A stretch of 64,000 nt of DNA from assembly GCA_028281365.1 (NCBI GenBank), contig JANQJZ010000013.1, positions 3,632 through 67,631 of the forward strand, given 5' to 3'. Below are positions 10,497 through 20,007 of the stretch, piece by piece. Positions within the stretch are counted from its first letter, which is position 1; every line of letters starts with the position of its first letter. Made by a program: the position numbers and the translations under genes. Under the pieces are notes generated by a model that searched no databases, was not told where the DNA came from, and saw only the letters and a list, made by a program, of their open reading frames with translations. The DNA comes from Gammaproteobacteria bacterium (lineage in GTDB: Bacteria > Pseudomonadota > Gammaproteobacteria > Eutrophobiales > Eutrophobiaceae).

Positions 10497-11221
10497 GTAA
10501 AATCGGGGTCATTGCTGCCTTACCGGTTGAAGCAAGATGTCTCTATCCGGAGAAACTTGACATAGCTTCACCAGCAGAGATTCATTCGGATATTTTTTTA
10601 TGTCTCAGCGGCATCGGAACTGAATCAGCATATACAGCAATAGAACAATTATTAAGCCTGGAAATCGATGCATTAGTCAGTTGGGGAGTTGCAGGCGCTC
10701 TTGATCCGTCATTAAAAGCTGGTGATTTATTAATCGCTGACTCCGTAATTATATCCGACAAGAATTTTCAGACATCATCCGATTGGCTGGTCAATATTAA
10801 AAACTACTTCCTGAATATATCACTTAACCCTGTAATCGCACCTATTGCATCAATTGATGCAATGTCTATCACGAACAACGATAAAACTCTTTTACATAAC
10901 AATACTGGTGCCCTGGCGGTAGATATGGAAAGTGCTGCAATTGCTGATATTTCAAGCAAACACAATCTGGATTTTATTGTGATTCGGGCAATTGCCGATG
11001 AAATAGATACTCCTATTCCTGAAGTTGTAACAAAATACACCAATGCACTGGGTCAACCGGATTTTATTCCTTTTGTAATTTCCTGCCTGAAGAATCCCCG
11101 GCAAATTAAGGAACTGATTAAATTGGCAAAATGCTACAATAAATCAATTAAAACGCTTAAACATTGTGCTTACGATTTAAAAAAGGAACATTTTCTCTAT
11201 AATACACAGCGTTTTGACTAG
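10493..11221 (+). CDS. hpnG: Hopanoid-associated nucleosidase HpnG (MTA/SAH nucleosidase-PNP family)
   Basis: 242 aa. PNP_UDP-like N-terminus KIGVIAALPVEA. Start overlaps the shc stop (ATGA). Position after shc matches hpnG synteny. Confidence 0.7.
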   Translation: MSKIGVIAALPVEARCLYPEKLDIASPAEIHSDIFLCLSGIGTESAYTAIEQLLSLEIDALVSWGVAGALDPSLKAGDLLIADSVIISDKNFQTSSDWLVNIKNYFLNISLNPVIAPIASIDAMSITNNDKTLLHNNTGALAVDMESAAIADISSKHNLDFIVIRAIADEIDTPIPEVVTKYTNALGQPDFIPFVISCLKNPRQIKELIKLAKCYNKSIKTLKHCAYDLKKEHFLYNTQRFD

Positions 11222-11264
11222 GCTATTTTTTTAACTCTCTATATATTTACCAGGCAACACCATA

Positions 11265-12011
11265 ATGAAATTAAGTACAGAGCAAATTGAAGAATTTAAA
11301 TCTACAGGCTTTCTCGTAGTACGGAATCTTTATGATACGGATGAAATTAAAGACATTACTGCGTGGACGGAAGAAGTCGCTAATTATCCGGAAGTACCGG
11401 GAAAATATATGATGTTTTTTGAAGAAAGTAAACTTGAGCCAGGCAAACGAATACTGTCCCGCATGGAAGATATTGAGCCCTTCCATCAGGGTTTGAGCGA
11501 ATTGTTTGTTAAAGGCAAGATTCAACAAATTACATCACAACTTTTTGATGATGAAGCCATTCTATTTAAAGACAAAATTAATTTTAAAATGCCAGGTGGT
11601 GATGGTTTCAAGGCACACCAGGATGTCCAGGCTGGATGGGACCGTTACGGCAAATTACATATAACTGCATTGGTAAGTATCGATTCATCTACTATTGAAA
11701 ATGGTTGTCTTGAGGTTGCAGGTGGCTACCATGATAAGGGACTGATTGGTGAATCATGGAAACCGCTTGAAGAAGATGCCCTGGATTATATGCCAGTCCC
11801 GACTGAACCTGGCGATGCCGTCTTTTTTGATTCATATGCACCACATCGTTCCAAACCAAACATGACAAATGAACAACGCCGGGTCTTATACGTTACTTAC
11901 AATGCTGCAGCTGAAGGTGATCATCGTCGACGATATTATGATGATAAGCGACTTAGCTACCCGCCGGATATAGAACGCGATCCTAATAAAGAATACGTCT
12001 TCAGAGTATAA
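11265..12011 (+). CDS. Phytanoyl-CoA dioxygenase (PhyH) family Fe(II)/2-oxoglutarate oxygenase
   Basis: 248 aa. HxD (KAHQDV) and distal His (YAPHRS) facial-triad residues with PhyH-like spacing. Embedded between hpnG and hpnN. Confidence 0.6.
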   Translation: MKLSTEQIEEFKSTGFLVVRNLYDTDEIKDITAWTEEVANYPEVPGKYMMFFEESKLEPGKRILSRMEDIEPFHQGLSELFVKGKIQQITSQLFDDEAILFKDKINFKMPGGDGFKAHQDVQAGWDRYGKLHITALVSIDSSTIENGCLEVAGGYHDKGLIGESWKPLEEDALDYMPVPTEPGDAVFFDSYAPHRSKPNMTNEQRRVLYVTYNAAAEGDHRRRYYDDKRLSYPPDIERDPNKEYVFRV

Positions 12012-12029
12012 TAGGATATCTCGGAAAAT

Positions 12030-12215
12030 GTCTTTTTTCGCGAGAGTTTCGTCAGCACCGTGCTCACAAAATTGCAGGAGCAAATTTTGGACAGCCGAAG
12101 GCTGGCCCGAAGGGCGAGATACATGGATGTATCGAGCAAATCCTCATGTATTATCTATACACTCCGGTTTTCCGTGCGCTGCTTTCTCACTCTCACAAAA
12201 AAATATTATTTTCGG
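12030..12215. repeat. Structured intergenic repeat, copy D (5' leader of hpnN). Perfect 8-9 bp hairpin caaaattg..caa(a)ttttg, a gacagccNNNggctg hairpin, and terminal gagagt/actctc inverted ends
   Basis: Shares a core over 40 nt (ttggacagcc..ggctg.c..gaa.ggcga) and a tttcgtcagc 10-mer with the element at 39483-39625. Shares cgtgctcac with copy A at 29371. The small ORFs 12028-12260 in the track are judged non-coding. Confidence 0.45.
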
Positions 12216-12269
12216 AGAAATCCTATAATCAAACATCCATATGTACCTTTATTCATGTGAATAATATCA

Positions 12270-14879
12270 ATGAATGAACAGCACTTACCATTCATAGAAA
12301 AACTTGTTACCCGCTGGGTTGAATTTACAGAACGTTATTCAACAGGCGTCGTTGTTGGTATCTTCATCCTGACAATATTTTCCATTCTTTTTATTAAAGA
12401 AAACCTGGGAATGAGTACCAGTACAAAAAATATGTTATCCGAAGAATTACCATGGCGGCAATTGGATTTGGAAGATGAAAAACTGTTCCCGCAATTTTTA
12501 AACAATATACTAATCGTTATAGATGCGAATACGCCTGACCAGGCTATCGACAGTGCCAATGAAATCTTCAGTGTATTGAACAGAGATTCAAAATATATAA
12601 ATGATATTTATTATCCATCTTCATTACCCTATTTTCAGCAGTCAGCCTTTTTGTTTCTTGACCTGGATGAACTTCAGGATCTGGCCGATCGACTGGCTGC
12701 TATACAGCCATTCCTTGGCACCCTGATGCAGGATAAAAACCTGCGGGGACTGTTTAATATGTTAAGTGATGCTTTAACTGCTAAACAGGATGGCGAGGAT
12801 ATAGATATAAAACCATTGCTGGAAGAGATAAATCGCGTATTTCAAAATGATGATTATTACATCTCCTGGCAAAAGTTAATGAATGCCGATGCAGATAAAG
12901 AACCTCCCTATCGTGAATTTATTGTTGTTCAGGTAAATGATATCAATGATGATATTTTGCCGGGAGAAAAGGTTCTTACACAAATCAGATCCGTCATAAA
13001 AGAGACAGAAGCATATAAGGAAAAAACGATAAACGTTAGATTGACAGGCGGTATACCACTTTCTAACGAAGAACTTAAAAGTGTATCAAAGGCCAACATT
13101 CAAGCCATTGTCATTTCACTAATTCTGGTTTCGATTATTCTGGTTGTGGGCCTTGGCTCTGGCTGGCTGGTTATTTCCTGCTTAATAACATTAATAACCG
13201 GCCTGATTGTAACAACTGCGTTTGCAACACTCACTGTAGGTGAATTAAACCTGATTTCAGTTGCCTTTGCTGTGTTATATATTGGGCTTGGCATTGATTT
13301 CGCAATTCACCTGACGCTTCGATACCGTGAAGAGCTTGTAAAAGGTACGAATAAAAAAGACCTGCTAAAATTAACCACAAAACGAATATATCGTTCCTTA
13401 TTACTTTGTGCCGTTTCAACTGCTATTGGTTTTTATTCCTTTATTCCGACTGACTATCAAGGTGTTGCGGAACTGGGCTGGATCGCGGGTAGTGGCATGT
13501 TCATTAGTATTTTTTTTACTTTTACATTACTCCCCGCTTTATTAAGTCTAAAACAAAATAATCTCCTAAGTGAAAAAGTATCTGCCAGGAATAATGTTTT
13601 CTTGTTATGGTTGGGTAAATTCTCCTGCCAGTATTCCAGACAAATATTAATGCTGACATTTATAGTTACTATCATCATTTTAACTCAAATAGACAGGATT
13701 AAATTCGATACCAATACCCTCAATCTACAGGATCCTGAAAACGAATCCGTTCAAACCTATCGGGATCTCCTTGGTGACAGTAATACTTCTCCGTGGAATA
13801 GTATTTTGCTAAAACGGGGTAAAGAAGAAACCACTAGAGTTATCCAGCAATTGGAAACCCTGCCATTGGTCGATAATGTAATCTGGCTGGAAGATCTTTT
13901 GCCTGAGGGGCAGGAAGAAAAACTCTTCATCATTGACGAGATGAATCTTTTTATGGGACAGCTCGATACAAGCTCAAACCCGGGTTCAGTTGAAGAAAAT
14001 GAACGTAAAAAGTCGATAATAAAATTAACTGAACAATTAAACGACTATTCTGATCCGTCCATTCAAACCGAGCTACATGAATTAAATAATCATTTATTAC
14101 ATCTGTTAAACCAAAATCCGGACAATTCTTTACTGGTTAAGCTTGAAAATAAAATGCTGAAAAACCTGGATGGTCGGCTTGATGCGTTATCTTATGCGCT
14201 TGCAGCTGAAGAACTCGAGCTCGAAGATATACCTGCAGAAATACATGATCGTTGGCTAAATAATAATTATTACAGGATACAGATAACTCCAAGAGAAAAC
14301 CTGAATGACAATATTGCAATGAAAAACTTTGTTGAGCTCATCCAGTCTCATGATAAACAGGTAATAGGTTCACCTGTCATCAAAATTGAGGCAGGCAAAG
14401 CAGTCGTTACGGCTTTTAGAGATGCGTTTAGCTATGCATTAATTGCAATCGCCTTGTTATTACTATTCCTGATAAAAATCAAGACGGATGCAGCAATCAT
14501 TCTTGTTTCCGTTTTGATTGGTGCAATCTTTACTTGTGGTTTCATGTTGCTATTCAATATGCCACTTAACTTTGCCAATATTATTGGTCTGCCATTATTG
14601 CTTGGTATAGGTGTTGATAGTGGTATTCATATTACTGATCGATTTAGACAGGATGGAAATAACAATCAAAATATCTATTTGACCAGCTCTTCGCGTGGTG
14701 TGATTGTCAGTTCACTGACAACGATATGCAGTATCAGTAATCTTGCCTTTTCCTCCCATCAAGGCACCGCCAGCATGGGTATACTTTTAACCACAGGTCT
14801 TGCGTCGATGATGATTTCGACTATGATAATCCTGCCTGCATTTCTAATATGGCAGCAATCAATAAAAGGCAATAAATGA
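12270..14879 (+). CDS. hpnN: Hopanoid transporter HpnN (RND/MMPL superfamily)
   Basis: 869 aa. Two 6-TM bundles, each followed or preceded by a large periplasmic loop, typical of the RND/MMPL fold. Located in the hopanoid cluster. Confidence 0.8.
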   Translation: MNEQHLPFIEKLVTRWVEFTERYSTGVVVGIFILTIFSILFIKENLGMSTSTKNMLSEELPWRQLDLEDEKLFPQFLNNILIVIDANTPDQAIDSANEIFSVLNRDSKYINDIYYPSSLPYFQQSAFLFLDLDELQDLADRLAAIQPFLGTLMQDKNLRGLFNMLSDALTAKQDGEDIDIKPLLEEINRVFQNDDYYISWQKLMNADADKEPPYREFIVVQVNDINDDILPGEKVLTQIRSVIKETEAYKEKTINVRLTGGIPLSNEELKSVSKANIQAIVISLILVSIILVVGLGSGWLVISCLITLITGLIVTTAFATLTVGELNLISVAFAVLYIGLGIDFAIHLTLRYREELVKGTNKKDLLKLTTKRIYRSLLLCAVSTAIGFYSFIPTDYQGVAELGWIAGSGMFISIFFTFTLLPALLSLKQNNLLSEKVSARNNVFLLWLGKFSCQYSRQILMLTFIVTIIILTQIDRIKFDTNTLNLQDPENESVQTYRDLLGDSNTSPWNSILLKRGKEETTRVIQQLETLPLVDNVIWLEDLLPEGQEEKLFIIDEMNLFMGQLDTSSNPGSVEENERKKSIIKLTEQLNDYSDPSIQTELHELNNHLLHLLNQNPDNSLLVKLENKMLKNLDGRLDALSYALAAEELELEDIPAEIHDRWLNNNYYRIQITPRENLNDNIAMKNFVELIQSHDKQVIGSPVIKIEAGKAVVTAFRDAFSYALIAIALLLLFLIKIKTDAAIILVSVLIGAIFTCGFMLLFNMPLNFANIIGLPLLLGIGVDSGIHITDRFRQDGNNNQNIYLTSSSRGVIVSSLTTICSISNLAFSSHQGTASMGILLTTGLASMMISTMIILPAFLIWQQSIKGNK

Positions 14880-15487
14880 ATATAAGTGATAAACCCTGGG
14901 ACGCTCGAATAGCATACCGATTAGTCTATCCATTGCGTAATACATTTATTACGCCAAATTACCTGACATCTTTACGTCTGCTGTGCGGGATTATTTCATT
15001 CGTTTTCCTGTCCTTAGGTGAATATATATACAGCAATATCGGTGCTTTATTCTTTGTGCTATCAAACTTTCTTGACCACACGGACGGTGAATTGGCGCGT
15101 ATCACAGGTAACACTAGTAAAAAAGGACATTACTTTGATCTGGTTTCCGATGCGTTGGTCAACATCTTACTTTTCCTGGGTATCGGTTTTGGTTTAATGA
15201 AGACTGATCTTGGTGTTTATGCCGGTATTATGGGGGGAATTGCCGGCTTATCCGTAGCTACAATATTTCATATGCGTAATGAGATTGAAAAGCAGATAGG
15301 GAAACAAATGGCCCGCCAACCTAACAAGGCCGGCGTAGAAGCCGAGGATGTACTGTATCTATTGCCTGTCGTGACACTTTTACAACTTGATTATTATTTC
15401 CTGTTTTTGGCATGCTTCGGTGCGCCTGCCTTTTGTTTATGGGTAACGAAAGATTACTTCTCAAGAAAAATCCTTTCTAAAATATGA
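14876..15487 (+). CDS. CDP-alcohol phosphatidyltransferase family protein
   Basis: 203 aa membrane protein with the complete signature D-x2-D-G-x2-A-R-x8-G-x3-D-x3-D (DHTDGELARITGNTSKKGHYFDLVSD). Overlaps hpnN stop and hpnA start by 4 bp each (ATGA), so it is translationally coupled. Confidence 0.75.
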   Translation: MNISDKPWDARIAYRLVYPLRNTFITPNYLTSLRLLCGIISFVFLSLGEYIYSNIGALFFVLSNFLDHTDGELARITGNTSKKGHYFDLVSDALVNILLFLGIGFGLMKTDLGVYAGIMGGIAGLSVATIFHMRNEIEKQIGKQMARQPNKAGVEAEDVLYLLPVVTLLQLDYYFLFLACFGAPAFCLWVTKDYFSRKILSKI

Positions 15488-16470
15488 AAACCTTAATAAC
15501 CGGGGCAAATGGATTTGTCGGTTCATCTGTTCTAAGAGAATTACTAAATAAAGGTATCAATATCAGGGCACTTGTCAGACCCGGTTCCGACAGGCGTAAT
15601 TTTGATGGCCTGGATATTGAAATATTTGAAGGCGATCTGCTTGATGTAAATTCATTAAAAAAAGCCGTGATCGGATGTGGTCATTTATATCATGTTGCAG
15701 CTGATTATCGTCTATGGATACCTGATCCGGAATCTATGTATAAAACCAATGTTGATGGAACCCGAGAACTGGTTCTTGCAGCATCTGAAACCGGTATGGA
15801 TAAAATTGTCTATACCAGTAGCGTTGCTACTCTGGGCATCAATAAAGATGGTACACCGTCAGATGAAACCACTCCGTCATCAGTCGAAGATATGATTGGA
15901 CATTACAAACGATCAAAGTTTCTTGCAGAACAGGAAGTAAAAAAATTAATAACCGAAAAACAATGTCCGGTAACTATTGTTAACCCATCAACGCCTGTTG
16001 GACCAAGAGATATAAAACCCACGCCTACTGGCAGAATTGTACTCGATACGATACGTAAGCGAATGCCAGCCTATGTTGATACAGGATTAAATATCGTACA
16101 TGTAGATGATGTGGCAAAAGGGCACTTATTGGCCATGGAAAAAGGCATAGCTGGTGAACGATATATTCTTGGTGGTGATAATATGACGCTTGCATCAATA
16201 CTTGAGTATATTTGCGTTAGTGAAGATCTGACACCGCCGAAAATTAAACTTCCCCATAATCTTATAATACCAATTGCCTGGTTTATGGAACGAATCGCTG
16301 ATATTACACATAAAGAGCCACGAGCTACCGTGGAAAGTGTTCGAATGTCAAAAAAACTGATGTTTTTTTCCAGTGAAAAGGCGAAAAAGGAATTAGGTTA
16401 TCAATCGCGTCCGGGTGTAGAGGGATTAAAGGATGCGATTGACTGGTTTAACAAGGAAAATTACCGTTAA
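15484..16470 (+). CDS. hpnA: Hopanoid-associated sugar epimerase HpnA (NAD-dependent epimerase/dehydratase)
   Basis: 328 aa. N-terminal Rossmann motif TGANGFVGS. Catalytic YxxxK (YKRSK). Follows hpnN. Confidence 0.75.
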   Translation: MKTLITGANGFVGSSVLRELLNKGINIRALVRPGSDRRNFDGLDIEIFEGDLLDVNSLKKAVIGCGHLYHVAADYRLWIPDPESMYKTNVDGTRELVLAASETGMDKIVYTSSVATLGINKDGTPSDETTPSSVEDMIGHYKRSKFLAEQEVKKLITEKQCPVTIVNPSTPVGPRDIKPTPTGRIVLDTIRKRMPAYVDTGLNIVHVDDVAKGHLLAMEKGIAGERYILGGDNMTLASILEYICVSEDLTPPKIKLPHNLIIPIAWFMERIADITHKEPRATVESVRMSKKLMFFSSEKAKKELGYQSRPGVEGLKDAIDWFNKENYR

Positions 16471-16651
16471 AATGAAATGTGCCATCCATGGCACAATTAT
16501 CCGTGACCAAACCCTTAAGTATTAAACTTAAACTAAATCACAAACTACTTCCTTGTGGTTCTGAATATAATCATTTTTATAAATTATTTCTTCCTCTGAA
16601 AAAAGGATTTTTTTTAGGATTTAATTACTCAATTATGATGATTTTTTAACC

Positions 16652-18355
16652 TTAAATTAAAAAATAGAACAAAGTGAGAATAAACAAACCTAATAAAATG
16701 AATATATTTCTTGCTATTGATAAGCGAAAAGCCAAGACATTTGATACTTCTTTGATTGGTATCTTCGTATACAAATGACATAGTCCTGTTTGGAATTGTT
16801 CTAAATAATTAAACAGTACGTTAAAAATATAAGGTCCCGGCTTTCTGTAAAACCAGTCAAAATCAAGACTAATCGTTAATGTACGTTGCATCCATGGCAA
16901 CATGACAAAAAACGCCAACCCTGAAAACAAAAGCAATTGAAGTTGTGTAACAACATGGGCGGCTGTATAAGGAACATACTGAACTGGATAAGGAAGCATG
17001 TCATACAGGACTTCAGGAAAAACTCCTAATAAAATACAAGTAATTGCAAAAAGTATCATACCAATTTGCATATTAAGCGGTGGATCATCAGGTCTTAAAC
17101 CACTGTCTTTTTGAAAAAAAACAAACCACGGAAATTTAATACCTGCATGTAGAAATACGCCTGCTGATGCAGCTTGTAATAATAGCCATACCCATATTAT
17201 ATGTTCATCAACTGATGCCTGGGTAATCATTGATTTGCTGACAAAACCTGACGTCAATGGGAATGAAGAAATTGCCAGTGCACCTATAATTCCACAAAGT
17301 GCGGTTACCGGCATTGACTGAATCAGACCACCCAAATCGGTGCATTTACGTTTACCAGTCATATACAAGACCGACCCGGCTGACATTAACAATAATGCCT
17401 TATAGATAATGTGGGTAAATGCATGAGCCGCTGCACCATTAAGTGCCATCTCGGTACCGATACCTATTCCACAAACCATAAATCCAACCTGGTTAATAAT
17501 GCTATAGGCCAGGATACGGCGCATGTCATTTTCCAGTAACGCATAGATAATGCCATAGAAGATCATGAACAAACCGATGTAGACCAGTAAATCAGTCCCC
17601 GGGAAGCCCCGTAACAAGACATAAACAGCTGTCTTGGTAGTGAATGCACTCAGGAAAACCATACCGCTGAAGGATGTCTCTGGATATGCATCTGCCAACC
17701 AGGCACTTAAAGGTGGTGCACCTGCATTTAACAGGAAGCCACTTAGAATTAACCATGTGGCGACACTATTTGCCTGCATATGCGTAAATAACAATGAACC
17801 GGTTTCGTTAACATATGCAGTAATACCACACATTAAAACAACCCCACCCAGTAAATGGATCGTGATATAACGCATACCTGCCCGCCATGACCCATTATTG
17901 TTAGCAGACCAGATAATCAATGTAGAAGCCAGTGCCATTAACTCCCAAAAAATAAATAAACTAATCAGATCGCCAGCAAGCACAACTGACATGGCACCAC
18001 CTGCATAAATAAAAGCTGCAGCCAGCTCGGTTGATTTTGCCTGTTTACAACAAAACAGACTGCCCGTAAAAACAGTGATCGCAAATACAGTAAGAAAAAG
18101 ACGGCTCAGGGTATCCAGATTTATTAATATCAATTCATATTCAAGATATTGATAATTACAGGCATTACCCAATGGCATACTCCAGATACTGAGTAATGCA
18201 AGACAAGGTATAAGGAGTATAAACAACGTCCTCCTTGTCCCATTGAATAATGGAATAAAAAATCCTGAAAGGATTAGCAATAGACCAGGATGAAAAAGAC
18301 TACATGTCATAGTAATCATCCTTACGTTTAATGAAAACACCCAGTATTTTTGCAA
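16652..18355 (-). CDS. Complex I ND2/ND4/ND5-family (NuoL/M/N, MrpA/D-like) proton-translocating membrane subunit with about 100-aa C-terminal extension
   Basis: 567 aa polytopic protein. Internal region resembles antiporter-like subunits (e.g. HAFTHIIYKALLLM). The true start is probably at an internal Met, because the N-terminus in the track overlaps the upstream small ORF. Confidence 0.65.
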   Translation of the reverse strand: MQKYWVFSLNVRMITMTCSLFHPGLLLILSGFFIPLFNGTRRTLFILLIPCLALLSIWSMPLGNACNYQYLEYELILINLDTLSRLFLTVFAITVFTGSLFCCKQAKSTELAAAFIYAGGAMSVVLAGDLISLFIFWELMALASTLIIWSANNNGSWRAGMRYITIHLLGGVVLMCGITAYVNETGSLLFTHMQANSVATWLILSGFLLNAGAPPLSAWLADAYPETSFSGMVFLSAFTTKTAVYVLLRGFPGTDLLVYIGLFMIFYGIIYALLENDMRRILAYSIINQVGFMVCGIGIGTEMALNGAAAHAFTHIIYKALLLMSAGSVLYMTGKRKCTDLGGLIQSMPVTALCGIIGALAISSFPLTSGFVSKSMITQASVDEHIIWVWLLLQAASAGVFLHAGIKFPWFVFFQKDSGLRPDDPPLNMQIGMILFAITCILLGVFPEVLYDMLPYPVQYVPYTAAHVVTQLQLLLFSGLAFFVMLPWMQRTLTISLDFDWFYRKPGPYIFNVLFNYLEQFQTGLCHLYTKIPIKEVSNVLAFRLSIARNIFILLGLFILTLFYFLI

Positions 18356-18626
18356 ATATGATCATAGCGACACAGGTTAAAAACCCGTAAACAGCATGAA
18401 AAGCAAAAATACTTTCTATCCTGAAATGAGGATGTAGTGTAACGACCAGTTCAATTAATACGGTCAATAACAGAACAACAGCCGCCGCTACCCATATTTT
18501 TTTAATTGATGATTTTTTATAAAACCAGTTTTGTTTCATGACACGTTGCCTGTCAGTAGAGTAAGTATCTGCATTGCATAAACGGGATATAAAAATAATA
18601 CGATGGTCATTAAAGCTGTAAAGCAA
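18300..18626 (-). CDS. Small membrane protein (about 79 aa from Met at about 18539) between antiporter-like genes
   Basis: The ORF overlaps both neighbours. Starting at MKQNWFYKK gives a 2-TM protein with an ATGA overlap with the upstream gene end at 18536. No family recognised. Confidence 0.35.
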   Translation of the reverse strand: MLYSFNDHRIIFISRLCNADTYSTDRQRVMKQNWFYKKSSIKKIWVAAAVVLLLTVLIELVVTLHPHFRIESIFAFHAVYGFLTCVAMIIFAKILGVFIKRKDDYYDM

Positions 18627-20002
18627 AGTGCCAATACAATTGGCAACGGTGCTTCCCCGTTTGAGATCGTATTGTGTGATTTCGCTTCTTTAAAAAAAGC
18701 CATATACACAATAGGTAAAAAATAGGCGGCATTTAACAATGTACTTATAACAATTACCGTAACAGCGAACCAGGATTCAATAGTAAATGCACCCTGTAAA
18801 ATAAACCATTTACTTAAAAATCCTGCTGTCGGTGGCACACCAATCATGGATAGACTACCAATTGCAAAAGCCCCCATAGTCCATGGCATAGCTCTACCTA
18901 TACCATCAAGCTCACTGACCTTTGTTTTCCCTGAAGCCGTATAGATTGAACCTGCTGCAAAGAACAAGGTAATTTTACCAAAGGCGTGAGCAAGAATATG
19001 CATTGCCGCACCCATAATAGATATGGGCACAAGTATCGCTGTTGCCATAATCACATAAGATAATTGGCTAATAGTTGAATATGCAAGACGTCTTTTTAAA
19101 TTATCTGATTTTAATGCGATTATTGAAGCAATAATGATTGTCGCACCAGACAAATAGAGTAAAAAATTTAATTCTATAATGTCGGATAAAAGTGCTGGAG
19201 AAAATATATAGCTGACTATTTTAACAATACTAAACACACCTGCCTTTACAACAGCAACAGCATGCAATAATGCACTGACCGGTGTTGGAGCAACCATCGC
19301 GGCCGGTAGCCACTTGTGCATTGGCATTAATGCCGCCTTGCCAATTCCATAAGCATATAACAGTAACAGCAACAATATTATACTGTTGTCATTAACGTGA
19401 TTAAGTATGCCGCCTGTTTTAAAGTCAGTTGTATCAGCTAAAACATTTGTCCATATAATTGCTGACAGAAAAAAACAAATCGAAGTGCTTAAGAGTATAC
19501 CAAGGTAAACACGTCCGCCATGGATTGCATCCTGAGTCCCTTTGTGTGTCACCAGGGGATAAGTTGATAAGGTCAGGACTTCATAAAATATAAACAACGT
19601 AACCAGATTTCCAGCAAATGCAACACCTATAGTGCTAAAAATAGCGATAGCAAAAAAGATATAAAACCGTGTCTGGTTACTTTCATTGTTACCACGCATA
19701 TAACCTATCGAATAGATCGAATTTATTAACCAGAGTAGTGATGCAATACAGGCAAATAACATCCCCAGCGGTTCCAGTTCAAAATAGATTTCAAGACCCG
19801 GAAAGATTTCAAACAATAGTAAGCCAGGCGAATTTCCATCCAGTACCAGTGGAAGAATAGAATAAACAACTATAATCAGAGCCACGGCAGACAATAAGGT
19901 AATGGCTTCTCTCAGGTTTGGCAGTTTGTTTGCCAAAGCAATAAGGACTGTAGCCGCCAGGGGAATAATCAAAGCTATTAATATAAGGTTCCCGGAAGAC
20001 AT
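18536..20002 (-). CDS. MrpD/NuoN-like antiporter subunit (ND2/4/5 family)
   Basis: 488 aa with 14 predicted TM segments. Family motifs such as LLHAVAVVKAGVF and WLPAAM(V)APTPVSALLHA. Confidence 0.75.
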   Translation of the reverse strand: MSSGNLILIALIIPLAATVLIALANKLPNLREAITLLSAVALIIVVYSILPLVLDGNSPGLLLFEIFPGLEIYFELEPLGMLFACIASLLWLINSIYSIGYMRGNNESNQTRFYIFFAIAIFSTIGVAFAGNLVTLFIFYEVLTLSTYPLVTHKGTQDAIHGGRVYLGILLSTSICFFLSAIIWTNVLADTTDFKTGGILNHVNDNSIILLLLLLYAYGIGKAALMPMHKWLPAAMVAPTPVSALLHAVAVVKAGVFSIVKIVSYIFSPALLSDIIELNFLLYLSGATIIIASIIALKSDNLKRRLAYSTISQLSYVIMATAILVPISIMGAAMHILAHAFGKITLFFAAGSIYTASGKTKVSELDGIGRAMPWTMGAFAIGSLSMIGVPPTAGFLSKWFILQGAFTIESWFAVTVIVISTLLNAAYFLPIVYMAFFKEAKSHNTISNGEAPLPIVLALCFTALMTIVLFLYPVYAMQILTLLTGNVS

Positions 20003-20007
20003 GTTTG

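Noticed and set aside
12028-12260. Two overlapping 66-aa ORFs upstream of hpnN
   Set aside because: The region is better explained as a structured repeat element (hairpins, inverted termini, homology to other intergenic copies). The ORFs are in different frames and lack family signal
16471-16520. Short palindrome gtgccat-cc-atggcac after hpnA as a possible terminator
   Set aside because: The loop is too small and there is no T-tract. Weak, so not called
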